64,000 nt of DNA from positions 62,001-126,000 of IMG/VR virus record IMGVR_UViG_3300021057_000274. One strand, given 5' to 3'. The position numbers and the translations under genes are program-made. This document shows positions 24,799-33,918 of this stretch, in pieces. The notes beneath the pieces were generated by a model. The model was not told the DNA's origin, did no database searches, and saw only the letters and a list, made by a program, of their open reading frames with translations. The number at the start of each line of letters is the position of its first letter. Within the stretch, counting starts at the first letter, position 1.

Positions 24799-25125
24799 AT
24801 GAAGCTCTCAGACCTCTTCGAGACCAAGTCCAACTTTTACGTGAAGCTGTGGGGGAAGGTGAACGACGTCCAGATCGACGGCGTCTCCGACCTCGAGGAC
24901 CTCCACGAGAAGATCGGCACAGGCGCTTCGAATCCGATCAAGAAGAAGATTGAGGCGGCGTTCGCCGAGCTGGTCAACGCTAAAGGCGACCACTACGCCG
25001 CCGAGATTCAAGAGGTGATCTGGGAGCACAATGACGAGTTCTTCGGCGTTGACCTCTACGTCAGCACTCCAGACCTTGACGGTGAAGCTCCCCGCACGGT
25101 GCGCGGCGAAGTTCACCAGTCGTGA
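24799..25125 (+). CDS. hypothetical, putative virion internal protein
   Basis: TAAATA 24788; MKLSDLFE. Confidence 0.75.
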   Translation: MKLSDLFETKSNFYVKLWGKVNDVQIDGVSDLEDLHEKIGTGASNPIKKKIEAAFAELVNAKGDHYAAEIQEVIWEHNDEFFGVDLYVSTPDLDGEAPRTVRGEVHQS

Positions 25126-25454
25126 GACTCAACGAGATCTTCTCCTACGAGGACGACGAGGAGCGTCGCATTCAAGCTCGTCGCAAGCGCGACACGTACG
25201 GTGCTCCACTACATCCCAGCAAGGCCAACACCTTCGTCGCCAAGTTGCTCGACAAGCATGACGGCAACCCGAAGGCGGCACTCGCTGAGCTCGTCGACGA
25301 GATCGACGACTACCAGCGGAGCCGCGGCAAGAACGGCCCGATGATGACGCTCTACACCGCGATGCACCAGATGCTCTTGGACTACGTCAAGAACCCAAGC
25401 GCCTTTCAGCGGTTCATGCAAAAGGTTGTCAAGACTCCGCCCGATAAACTTTGA
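25122..25454 (+). CDS. hypothetical, putative virion internal protein
   Basis: GTGA coupling; MRLNEIF. Confidence 0.7.
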   Translation: MRLNEIFSYEDDEERRIQARRKRDTYGAPLHPSKANTFVAKLLDKHDGNPKAALAELVDEIDDYQRSRGKNGPMMTLYTAMHQMLLDYVKNPSAFQRFMQKVVKTPPDKL

Positions 25455-25513
25455 CGGTGAAGCCTTCTCTTGTAAAGAAGCGGAAGTCGGTTCGAATCCG
25501 GCATCGGGCACCA
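25439..25513 (+). tRNA. tRNA-Thr(UGU)
   Basis: Loop CTTGTAA, CCA; overlaps upstream CDS end. Confidence 0.9.
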
Positions 25514-25524
25514 AACTCAACAAC

Positions 25525-25598
25525 GCTCTTGTAGTCCATTGGTAAGATGCATCCTTGGTAAGGATGAGAACAGGGTTCGATTCCCTGCTGGAGCACCA
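25525..25598 (+). tRNA. tRNA-Thr(GGU)
   Basis: Loop TTGGTAA, CCA. Confidence 0.9.
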
Positions 25599-25614
25599 CG
25601 TAGAAAGTCATCAA

Positions 25615-25854
25615 ATGAATCTCAAGGACATGGTCTCAGGCAACAAGCTCGTGCGGTTCTCCTTTTACCGTGAGGGCCAGCTCTGGTACAAGACGGAGTG
25701 CGGCTTCGAGTTTCCCGTGCCCACCGATCCCAACGAGATCGGCACCGCCGTCTTCCTCGCGGAGGACAAGGCGCTGCTCTTCATGCGGTACATCAGGAAG
25801 CACCTCGACTATCTCAACAAGGCCAAGCAAGAACAAGCTGGAGATGCCGGTTAA
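25615..25854 (+). CDS. hypothetical protein
   Basis: 79-aa ORF with phage-like codon use. Confidence 0.7.
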   Translation: MNLKDMVSGNKLVRFSFYREGQLWYKTECGFEFPVPTDPNEIGTAVFLAEDKALLFMRYIRKHLDYLNKAKQEQAGDAG

Positions 25855-25969
25855 GACCCGGCCGGGCGCGCGTGAGTTACCGCGGCACGTAGTTTAAACC
25901 TAGAACGCCAGCTACTCACTTAGGAGTCAAACATGACGCACCTCCGAAAACATCCCGCTACACCTCGAC

Positions 25970-26675
25970 GGGAGAGTGGTGTTAACGGTTGAGCACAGCG
26001 GACTTATTCATGAGCTTGATGCGCTATGTAAAATAGACGTCATGCTCATGTGTCAGCACTGCAATAGATCCACATCGCAACGTCAAGCGCTCATCATGCA
26101 TGAGCGGTCGTGTAAGCAGAATCCTAATAGAGTGCCCGGGAAGAATTCCTGGTCCAATCCAACCTACAAAATGTCGGAAGAGACTAGGCAGAAGCTTCGT
26201 GAGAGCACGATCCGAAGAAATCGAAGCATGTCTCTAGAGTGCGCAGGAAGATCTCTGAGGGGCGGATCAGGTATCTGCGTGACCATCCTGAGATGGTGCC
26301 ATACAAACTCAATCATAAATCTAAGGGTAGATCTTTCCCGGAGAGATACTGGGGAGAGCTCCTGAAGAAATACGGTCTAGAGTTCGTCGAGCAGTTTCAG
26401 GAATCTACCTACACGCTTGACTTCGCATTCCTTGATCGCAAGATCGACCTCGAGATTGACGGAGAACAACACTACGTCGATCCTAGGATTGTTTCCTCTG
26501 ATCAGCGCCGAAATGCTTTTCTTGAGGGACGAGGATGGAAGATTGTTCGAGTGCGCTGGTCTAAGTACCAGCAGCTTTCTGGAGATGATCGCGAAAAGTT
26601 CGTCACGAATCTCGTTGAAAGCCTGACGACAGGTTAATCCGACAGGTCTCGGTTCGAATCCGAGTTCTCCTACCA
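25970..26675 (+). tRNA. tRNA-Lys(UUU) split by 628-nt insert (exons 25970-26005, 26634-26675)
   Basis: Joined exons give gggagag/ttctcct-A-CCA and cgga-CTT|TTAA-tccg. Confidence 0.8.
26042..26637 (+). CDS. EDxHD/DUF559 homing endonuclease with Zn finger and NUMOD3-like repeats; one -1 frameshift near 26239
   Basis: CQHC..HERSC; SEETRQKL; ER..LDF..LEIDGEQH..DQRRN..GWK.VR. Confidence 0.8.
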
Positions 26676-26749
26676 CGTAATTGTGTGTGTTCTTTTGAGT
26701 GATTTTGAGATATAATGTCTCATATTCAACGGTCCTGGAGGCGGGAAAC

Positions 26750-27148
26750 GTGGAAAAGATCACCAAGTTCGACAAACACAATCTTCAACTCCTTCGCCAA
26801 GAGATGAACGCCGCGCTAGCCACAGTCGGGGCGAAGTACGGCATCAAGGCAAACATCGGTAACATCAAGTACAGCGAGTCGGCATTCTCTTGCCCGCTAG
26901 CGGTGATCGTTGAATCCGCGGTCGCAGATCCCCGGCTCGAGAGCGTGGCGCCAGAATCGATCATCCACCTCAAAAAGAAGTGCGGTGACAAGGCCCTCCT
27001 CAAGCAGATCACCTACAACGGCCGCAAGATGGTGGTCGTCGGACTACGCGGCAGCAATTTTCTGGTGCGTGTTGACGGTGTCGACGGCGTCCGGAAGTTC
27101 AAGGGCCGTTGCTTCAGCGAAATATACGACGCGATCCTGAACCAATAG
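26750..27148 (+). CDS. hypothetical protein
   Basis: GGAGG RBS, TATAAT promoter upstream. Confidence 0.75.
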   Translation: MEKITKFDKHNLQLLRQEMNAALATVGAKYGIKANIGNIKYSESAFSCPLAVIVESAVADPRLESVAPESIIHLKKKCGDKALLKQITYNGRKMVVVGLRGSNFLVRVDGVDGVRKFKGRCFSEIYDAILNQ

Positions 27149-27359
27149 AATCGCATAAATCGAATGATGCCTCCCGGGTAACCGGGAGCGCAAGCGGAGC
27201 TAGATGACCTGATCTAGCTTCGGCCGTCTCTGGAATTAGCGTCGAGCGTCACGTTGACGCGCGCAAGCTAAGGAGTTACTCCTGAAGCCTCGCGTGATGC
27301 CGCACGCCGGACCCAGTTGGGGCGTATCAGGTAGCTTGCATTTTTCTAGGGAGCAGATC

Positions 27360-28025
27360 GTGCTGTACACGTTTGTCGGAGATGTCCACGGAAAGTGGGA
27401 GGCCGTCGAAGCGGCCCTGGCCAACGACGGCCAGGTGATCTTCGTGGGTGACATCGTCGACTCGTACGGAGATCGAGGAGTAGAAGATTATCGCCGCTGT
27501 TACGATCTCATCCTCGCCGCGATCGAGAAGGGTAAGGCTCGCGCGATCTTCGGTAACCACGAGCTCTCGTACTACATGCCGTATACACATGCGGCGTCAG
27601 GGAAGACAGACGCGTCGATCGACATGATGAAGGAGTACGAGGCCAAGCTCATGCAGAAGTTCGAGCCGTTTATTCTGCTTAACTCGCGATTTCTGGTGTC
27701 ACACGCCGGGCTCAGCAATGAGATCTGGGAAGCTGGATATCTCGATCAAGCCGATGACTTGCAAGCTCGCCTCACGATGTGGTGGCATGATCTTAAGTCA
27801 CCTATGCACTGGATCGGTGTCGTGCGTGGCGGAAAACAATTCGTCGGCGGGATGTTCTGGTGCGACTTTCGCCGGGAATTTCAACCAGTATCTGGGTTGA
27901 CTCAAGTGTTCGGTCACACCCGCGGGCGTGACATCCGCTTCGCGGAAGATCCAGTCAAGGGTGGGTCTTATTGCATCGACTGTCTAGACTTCACGGAGAA
28001 CAAGTTCCTCCAGCTAGACGTCTAA
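27360..28025 (+). CDS. calcineurin-like metallophosphoesterase
   Basis: GDVHG, GDIVD, GNHE, HAG, GHT. Confidence 0.92.
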   Translation: MLYTFVGDVHGKWEAVEAALANDGQVIFVGDIVDSYGDRGVEDYRRCYDLILAAIEKGKARAIFGNHELSYYMPYTHAASGKTDASIDMMKEYEAKLMQKFEPFILLNSRFLVSHAGLSNEIWEAGYLDQADDLQARLTMWWHDLKSPMHWIGVVRGGKQFVGGMFWCDFRREFQPVSGLTQVFGHTRGRDIRFAEDPVKGGSYCIDCLDFTENKFLQLDV

Positions 28026-28034
28026 GAAGTAACC

Positions 28035-28108
28035 GCCTCTGTACGTCAATGGCAGACCACCGCTCCCACACAGCGGGAACTCTGGTTCGATTCCAGACAG
28101 AGGCACCA
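28035..28108 (+). tRNA. tRNA-Val(CAC), C33
   Basis: Loop CCCACAC, CCA. Confidence 0.9.
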
Positions 28109-28140
28109 GTCTCACCTGCCACGTGTAGGAGGAGCATCGG

Positions 28141-28174
28141 AGGGCCTTAGGCAGAGATGCCTAGGGCCCTTTGT
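28141..28174 (+). terminator. intrinsic terminator-like hairpin
   Basis: agggccttaggca/tgcctagggccct plus TTGT. Confidence 0.55.
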
Positions 28175-28217
28175 CATTTCTGGAGTCTCGTTCTGAGAGT
28201 CCAAAGTAAATACTCGC

Positions 28218-28862
28218 ATGAAACTCACCGAAATTCTCCTTGAGCGTCGCGGCTACTACGCACCGCACTACAATGACGAGGACAAGCGCCAGGTCGGTTA
28301 CACGAAGGACTGGCTTGACCAGCTCGGCGTGACCCAAGCTGACATCGATCAAGCGATCGTAAAGGCCAAGCAGACCAAGGCCTTCAAGGATCTCATAGAA
28401 GCTGGCTTCAAGTATGACGGCACCAAGCGCACCGAAAAGAACGGCACGCTTCGCTTCGCGCTTCCAATTTTCCTCGACGTGCCTGCTGGGCACCGCAAGC
28501 GTACTGGAGAACGTTGGTATCAGATCATGGCGAACGGCCTGATCAGGCAAGAGGATGAGACCAAGGGCGTTCTCAAGGGTCGCGGCCCGATGAAGTCGCC
28601 GAAGACTCGCGTCGTGCCGGGCAACGCGGTTAAGTCGCTCGTGCGCACGTACGAGACCGCGATGGAGGAGCTAGCGAAGAAGAAGGTGCGCAACAAGGCG
28701 GTGAGAGAAGCGCTGAATCCGCGCGGCAACCTCAAGGAAGATGACACTTGTCCGAGCTGCAAGAAGGGCGTTCTAGAGGCAGGTCGAGTACGAGACTCGA
28801 GCATGCCAGACGCCGATTGGCTCCAGTGCTCTGATTGCGACTTTCAAACGGATCCAGAGTGA
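28218..28862 (+). CDS. hypothetical, putative virion internal protein with C-terminal Zn ribbon
   Basis: TAAATA 28207; MKLTEILLE; CPSC..CSDC. Confidence 0.8.
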   Translation: MKLTEILLERRGYYAPHYNDEDKRQVGYTKDWLDQLGVTQADIDQAIVKAKQTKAFKDLIEAGFKYDGTKRTEKNGTLRFALPIFLDVPAGHRKRTGERWYQIMANGLIRQEDETKGVLKGRGPMKSPKTRVVPGNAVKSLVRTYETAMEELAKKKVRNKAVREALNPRGNLKEDDTCPSCKKGVLEAGRVRDSSMPDADWLQCSDCDFQTDPE

Positions 28863-29056
28863 AACCCTCCCTCAAGAGCTATCTCAACGAGACCCCGAGC
28901 GTGGCGACCGATAGCCAGATCCAGCACGGCTTTGACAAGCTAGACGGAAAGATCGAAGCGCTCGCGAGGGAGCTCGCGAAGCTCACCAAGGACAACGGCG
29001 GCGATCCAGCCGAGGTGGCGAAGTACTTCGTCAAGAAGTACATGCTCTTCGTATGA
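28859..29056 (+). CDS. small hypothetical protein
   Basis: GTGA coupling; LKSYLNE. Confidence 0.6.
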   Translation: MKPSLKSYLNETPSVATDSQIQHGFDKLDGKIEALARELAKLTKDNGGDPAEVAKYFVKKYMLFV

Positions 29057-29256
29057 GGTTCAAGGCCATGCTCACAGAAGCTGCTACAAAGTACGTGACG
29101 GTAACCGTAAACGTTGAGACACACAAGATCTTGAGCGTCGACGGGGTCTTTAGCAGCGTGGCGGAGGCGCAAGCCCACGTTGACAAGATGAACGAGTTTC
29201 ACGGCAGGGACGTCAAATACAAGACCACCGTAGAACCAGTCACCAAGCCGCGATAA
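29053..29256 (+). CDS. small hypothetical, putative virion internal protein
   Basis: MRFKAMLTE. Confidence 0.65.
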   Translation: MRFKAMLTEAATKYVTVTVNVETHKILSVDGVFSSVAEAQAHVDKMNEFHGRDVKYKTTVEPVTKPR

Positions 29257-29270
29257 TCGCTAAATTTACG

Positions 29271-29304
29271 AGAAGGCTCTCTTTATTGAGAGCCTTCTTC
29301 ATTT
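29271..29304 (+). terminator. intrinsic terminator
   Basis: gaaggctctc/gagagccttc plus TTCATTT. Confidence 0.7.
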
Positions 29305-29381
29305 ATGCAACATGCTTGTTTACTTTTTGTCAGCATTTTGATACAATTCTCCTATCATAAACGTTCCGGAGCTCTAGGAAT

Positions 29382-30887
29382 ATGACGGTAGCCCAGGCGG
29401 TTCAGCAAGCTTTCGAAGATTCCGAACAACAAGCTGCGTTCTTCGCCTGGGTCAGAGACGGCTTCGGCTCCTGCATCCTCGAAGCGGTCGCCGGCGCCGG
29501 CAAGACCTCCACCCTCCTCAAGGCGCTCGCGATGATGGTCGGTACCATCTTCTTCGGCGCTTACAACAAGGGCATCGCGGTCGAGATCAAGGCCAAGGCC
29601 GCCTCGATCATGCGCCCTGGCCTCTTCATCAGCACCATGCACGCCGCCGGCCTGAAGGGCTGCCGCAGCAAGTGGAATAAGACCGAGGTCGACAACTCCA
29701 AGTGCACCAAGATCTTCCGCCGCATCCCCGAGGGCGACCCGCGACGCCAGTTCGAGGGTCAAGTTCTCTCCCTCGTGTCCTACGCCAAGCAAGCCGCCTT
29801 CGGTGTCACCGGGCAGCCAGCGATCGAGAACACCTCCGCGTGGGTTCGTCTCGCCGAGCACTTCGACGTCGAGTGCGGCGAGAGCAACGAGCACCTCGAC
29901 ACGATCATCAAGCTCGCTCAGCGCCTCCTGGTCGCCTCGAACGCCGCCTGCGCCGAGTCGCTCGACTACGACGACATGGTGTACGCGCCGCTGGTGCACC
30001 GCGTCAAGATGTGGAAGCACGACTGGGTGCTCATCGACGAGGCGCAAGACACCAACGCGGCTCGTCGTCTCCTCGCGCTCGCCATGCTCAAGCCGAACGG
30101 CCGCCTCGTCGCCGTCGGTGATCGTCACCAGGCGATCTACGGCTTCACCGGCGCTGACCACGACGCGCTCGACCTGATCGGCGCCGCCGTCAACGCCCAG
30201 CGCATGCCCCTCACCGTGACCTTCCGCTGCCCGCAAGAGGTCGTCAAGGTTGCCCAGCGGTACGTGTCGCACATCCAAGCCGCTCCGACCGCTCCGATGG
30301 GTGTGGTTCGTGAGCTCAAGACCGACCTCATCACCGAGGCCAAACCGGGCGACGTCGTCCTCTGCCGCTTCAACAAGCCGCTCATCGAGAACGTCTACGC
30401 CTTCATCGCCGCCGGCGTCCCGGCCAAGGTGGAGGGCCGTGAGATCGGCAACGGCCTCAAGCAACTGGCCGGGCGCTGGAAGGTCAAGTCGTACGACGCG
30501 CTCCTCTCCCGCCTCGACGCCTTCGTCGAGCGCGAGACCAAGAAGCTGACCGAGCGCGACCAGCTGACCAAGCTCGAGGGTGTCCTCGACCGCGTCGAGT
30601 GCCTGAAGGTGATCATCGGTCGGGCCATGGCCAAGAAGCCGAGCACGTCCACCCCGGTCGAGGACGTCAACGCCGAGATCGACGCGATCTTCGCCGATAA
30701 CGTCCACGGCGGGAAGGTCGTGACGTTCTCGACGATCCACAAGGCCAAGGGCCGTGAGTGGAACAAGGTGTGCTGGCTCCAGATGCCGCCCTCCCCGTTC
30801 GCCAAGCAGGACTGGGAGATGCAGCAAGAGACCAACCTGATGTACGTCGCAGCGACCCGCGCTAAAAAGGAGCTCGTTCTGTGCTAG
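29382..30887 (+). CDS. UvrD/Rep-family SF1 helicase
   Basis: AGAGKT, DEAQD, GD.HQAIYGF.GA, TIHKAKG.EW, YVAATRA. Confidence 0.95.
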   Translation: MTVAQAVQQAFEDSEQQAAFFAWVRDGFGSCILEAVAGAGKTSTLLKALAMMVGTIFFGAYNKGIAVEIKAKAASIMRPGLFISTMHAAGLKGCRSKWNKTEVDNSKCTKIFRRIPEGDPRRQFEGQVLSLVSYAKQAAFGVTGQPAIENTSAWVRLAEHFDVECGESNEHLDTIIKLAQRLLVASNAACAESLDYDDMVYAPLVHRVKMWKHDWVLIDEAQDTNAARRLLALAMLKPNGRLVAVGDRHQAIYGFTGADHDALDLIGAAVNAQRMPLTVTFRCPQEVVKVAQRYVSHIQAAPTAPMGVVRELKTDLITEAKPGDVVLCRFNKPLIENVYAFIAAGVPAKVEGREIGNGLKQLAGRWKVKSYDALLSRLDAFVERETKKLTERDQLTKLEGVLDRVECLKVIIGRAMAKKPSTSTPVEDVNAEIDAIFADNVHGGKVVTFSTIHKAKGREWNKVCWLQMPPSPFAKQDWEMQQETNLMYVAATRAKKELVLC

Positions 30888-31099
30888 ACTACGAAAGACT
30901 TGAAATCATGCGAAAGTTCAACCGCGAGGCGATGGGAACGAACGCTGTGCTGCTCGCCCTGGGATCGATGACTTTAGTGTTCACAGGCCAAATGGACGGG
31001 TTTCTGGCGGCTCTCGCGATCGCCTTTCTGTCCGCCTCGTGGGTCGCTTACAACGCCGACGTCGCCGTGGTTTTAGGGATGACCGACAATGAGACCTAA
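30881..31099 (+). CDS. small membrane protein
   Basis: Two hydrophobic segments. Confidence 0.6.
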   Translation: MLDYERLEIMRKFNREAMGTNAVLLALGSMTLVFTGQMDGFLAALAIAFLSASWVAYNADVAVVLGMTDNET

Positions 31100-31346
31100 C
31101 TTCAAGCGCTTCATGCGCACCGGCAACCCACTGGATCTCTACCGCGAGGACCCGAAGCCAGCCCTCGTCGTCAAGGAGGGGGTCGAGGGCTACTACCGCT
31201 ATCACCTCGCGGAGCAGAGCAAGTACCTCTCGCTCTGTGGCAAGCGCGTGATGAACACCAGCGTGCCAGTTCGTGCGTGGGGCACCCGTACTCACCTCGG
31301 TGAGAAGTGGTGCGACCGATGCAAGCAGCTAGAGAACCAGCGATGA
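31089..31346 (+). CDS. hypothetical protein
   Basis: Coupled ORF; H..C..C..C. Confidence 0.7.
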   Translation: MRPNFKRFMRTGNPLDLYREDPKPALVVKEGVEGYYRYHLAEQSKYLSLCGKRVMNTSVPVRAWGTRTHLGEKWCDRCKQLENQR

Positions 31347-31687
31347 GATTCTGGGCAAGCTGGTGGTCTGGTAATTACGCTGACGAGGGATGCACGAAGC
31401 CACCCTTCGAGACCTGGGTCACCGGGCAGCGCTTCCGCCAGGGCGACGGGCTTAACAAGGCTCAGCTCGAGGAAGCGAGCAAGATCACGAATCAGCGTAA
31501 GTACGACGCGTACCTGAACAAGCACTCGCGAGACGACTGCTCGATGTGCGCGGTGATCGACGCCGAGAGCGAGGATGATGTCGAAAAGCTCGTGCGCCAG
31601 CACTTTCCAGACGCCGAGATGCGATTTTGCGAGGTCCGCCCAGCAGATTACGATCCTCGCAAAACTTCAGGTGGGAGGTTCAAGTGA
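31343..31687 (+). CDS. hypothetical protein
   Basis: ATGA coupling. Confidence 0.7.
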   Translation: MRFWASWWSGNYADEGCTKPPFETWVTGQRFRQGDGLNKAQLEEASKITNQRKYDAYLNKHSRDDCSMCAVIDAESEDDVEKLVRQHFPDAEMRFCEVRPADYDPRKTSGGRFK

Positions 31688-31842
31688 GAGAGGTTTATCT
31701 CGAGCACCACCTCTGGACCGAATCACTCGGCTGGATAAAGGTGGGTGAGTACGCGCTCACCGAGGACCAGGCTGAAGCGAAGAAGCTCGAGATCAAGAAG
31801 CGCAACCCCGAGGATGACGTCAAGTTCGTGGAGCGCAAGTGA
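31684..31842 (+). CDS. small hypothetical protein
   Basis: GTGA coupling, GGAGG RBS. Confidence 0.55.
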   Translation: MREVYLEHHLWTESLGWIKVGEYALTEDQAEAKKLEIKKRNPEDDVKFVERK

Positions 31843-32327
31843 GCCACAGAGGCGACACCAAGATCTTCAACCGTCCGATCTGTGTTGATGATTACGGTAC
31901 AGAGGTCTACGTGTGTCACTGGACCAAAAAGCTCGTTTGGGCGGATGAGGCGATCCTCTTGGGATCGTTTTACCCAGGAATTCACGGGGTCTATGTCTCG
32001 GCCCCAGATTCGCATGAAGCTCGGCGCAACTCTCACCGGGCCTTCAACGAGATGGACCGGAACTGCAACACTTGCAAGCATCTCAAGCGAATCAAGTTTG
32101 ATCCTGTCGGAATCGTGCGCGTTCCGCTGGTGAAGGACGGCAAGCCAGCAGGTTTCAGGGATGTCAGGGTCACCTCTGGATTCATCCCAGCGCTGTGCAC
32201 GAGCACGCCGCTTGCTCACCCTTACCCGGTGACCTTTGACGGGCAGGGGCCCTTCAGCATTAAGTTTCACCCGGATGACGCGATGAACATGCCTTGCTAC
32301 GAGCCGAGGGACCCGTGGAGACCCTGA
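31839..32327 (+). CDS. hypothetical protein
   Basis: GTGA coupling; CNTC. Confidence 0.7.
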   Translation: MSHRGDTKIFNRPICVDDYGTEVYVCHWTKKLVWADEAILLGSFYPGIHGVYVSAPDSHEARRNSHRAFNEMDRNCNTCKHLKRIKFDPVGIVRVPLVKDGKPAGFRDVRVTSGFIPALCTSTPLAHPYPVTFDGQGPFSIKFHPDDAMNMPCYEPRDPWRP

Positions 32328-32488
32328 GCGAAAAGTCGATGGTCACTTGGGAGTTCTTCCAGCAGCTGAAAGGCCAGACCGTGCAGGACGTCACGCTCAG
32401 GCGCGAAGGCGATACCATTACCGACGTGACGCTGAAGTTCACTAACAAGCGTGCCGTCACCTTTAACATCTCCCAACGAAAAACTTGA
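32315..32488 (+). CDS. small hypothetical protein
   Basis: ORF in run. Confidence 0.5.
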   Translation: METLSEKSMVTWEFFQQLKGQTVQDVTLRREGDTITDVTLKFTNKRAVTFNISQRKT

Positions 32489-32572
32489 TGAATTCGCGAG
32501 AATTCACACAAAAAGAAGAAATTTTGAGAGAATTTGTGATATAATTCTCTTGTACCACTCACGGAGGCGTGG

Positions 32573-32767
32573 ATGGCCAAGGCGATTCAAGCAGGAGAGC
32601 TGAAGTGCGGCGACGTCATGCTAGTCGGCGACCCCGAGCTTCAAGCCGACGCGACACGCACCGTCCTCACCGCGGAGCAAGTCGAGATGGACGTCACTCA
32701 CGTCGTCTTCACAGACGGCACAGACCAGTGGCTCCCCCGCACCACCGTCGTCGCGATCGAAGCATGA
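32573..32767 (+). CDS. small hypothetical protein
   Basis: GGAGG RBS after TGATATAAT promoter. Confidence 0.7.
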   Translation: MAKAIQAGELKCGDVMLVGDPELQADATRTVLTAEQVEMDVTHVVFTDGTDQWLPRTTVVAIEA

Positions 32768-33312
32768 CCGATACCGCCAACTGGGATCCATACGAGGGCA
32801 GGAGCAACCCCGCCGCAGGCGCCCGCTTCGTTCCGCTCGTTTTCGCCGAGGTGCGCAAGCTTCTCGAGGACGAGATGGGGTTCGAGCGCGTCCAGGTCGC
32901 TAAGACTCGCGAGCTCGTCTGGCAACGCCGCGTCACCGTCAAGGACGTACCGACTCACTACGCCGTTCGTGTCTACTCTACCTTGGAGCCGGACGGAATT
33001 TGCCGCAACAACGGAGCAGACGCTATCCGCGTTTGCCTCGTTGACCTCGAGCAGGGAGAGTGGATCCTCTCCGTCGAGAAGAAGGTTCTCCGCACCAAGA
33101 GCGCGCTCGAGAACCTTCGGCAACGAGCTCGTGACGTGTACGGCTACGTCCTCAACAAGAACCACCGCTGCCCGAAGTGCAACAGGTTGATGGTGGTCAA
33201 GAAGGCGAAGAAGGCCGGCACCACCGCGAGCTACTTCTTCGGTTGTCTCGGTTACTTCCGCGACCCGAAGTGCACCCACTCAACCAGCCTCATCCCGGAG
33301 ACCGCCAAGTGA
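32764..33312 (+). CDS. hypothetical with topoisomerase-type C4 zinc finger
   Basis: CPKC..MVVK....FFGC..Y...C. Confidence 0.75.
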   Translation: MTDTANWDPYEGRSNPAAGARFVPLVFAEVRKLLEDEMGFERVQVAKTRELVWQRRVTVKDVPTHYAVRVYSTLEPDGICRNNGADAIRVCLVDLEQGEWILSVEKKVLRTKSALENLRQRARDVYGYVLNKNHRCPKCNRLMVVKKAKKAGTTASYFFGCLGYFRDPKCTHSTSLIPETAK

Positions 33313-33560
33313 AAGCCGCTATCCATGTTCCGCTGAACACCCAACACGGGCGCTATCCGCGCCTCCAGGTCAACAAGCACGGCGAGGTCGTTCTGGTTAT
33401 CGAAAACCGTGGCTTGCTGTCGACTGAAATTTTGGTCGGCAAGCTGCCCGGATCGAAGTCGACAGTGCCGCTCGGGAAGCGCTTCGACGACTGGGAAGTC
33501 GCTGGTGAGCTAACCGATTACGATGGCGAGGTTACCATCTCGCTCAAGAACGAGCAATGA
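33309..33560 (+). CDS. hypothetical protein
   Basis: GTGA coupling. Confidence 0.6.
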   Translation: MKAAIHVPLNTQHGRYPRLQVNKHGEVVLVIENRGLLSTEILVGKLPGSKSTVPLGKRFDDWEVAGELTDYDGEVTISLKNEQ

Positions 33561-33880
33561 TTTCGATCCTCAAGTTGCTCTTCGTGCTCAGTTGTCTCTA
33601 CCTCGCGTTCAAGTGGGTGCTAAACCGGGGCATTCGAGCGATCATGCGCGAGACACAGCTCTTCATGCTCGTCAATGAGAACGGCGAGATCGACGATCCC
33701 CAAAGCCGGTACATCCAGCGCAAGTACGTCAACGACTACGGCTGGCATGGCAAGTTCTACATCACCGAGTGGGCTCGCGTAGTGCTTCTCCGCGACGGCA
33801 CGTTCAAGATGGCGAGCGACTGGTTTCGCGCTGGCCCAGAGTTCAAGGGATTCAAGTTTCAACCGATCGCTCGCAACTAA
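33557..33880 (+). CDS. hypothetical with N-terminal TM
   Basis: ATGA coupling; hydrophobic N-terminus. Confidence 0.7.
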   Translation: MISILKLLFVLSCLYLAFKWVLNRGIRAIMRETQLFMLVNENGEIDDPQSRYIQRKYVNDYGWHGKFYITEWARVVLLRDGTFKMASDWFRAGPEFKGFKFQPIARN

Positions 33881-33918
33881 ATTTTCTCTAGAGCCGTTGA
33901 AGTGATAAGATAGTCACG

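Noticed and set aside
25884-25920. 5' half of a tRNA-Pro-like gene (cggcacg...)
   Set aside because: No matching 3' half found in the window; treated as a remnant.
25970-26675. Reading the split tRNA as Asn(GUU) with a group I intron at 33/34
   Set aside because: A73 and the cgga/tccg Lys-type stem favour Lys, two Asn genes already exist, and there is no space for a group I core; not fully excluded.
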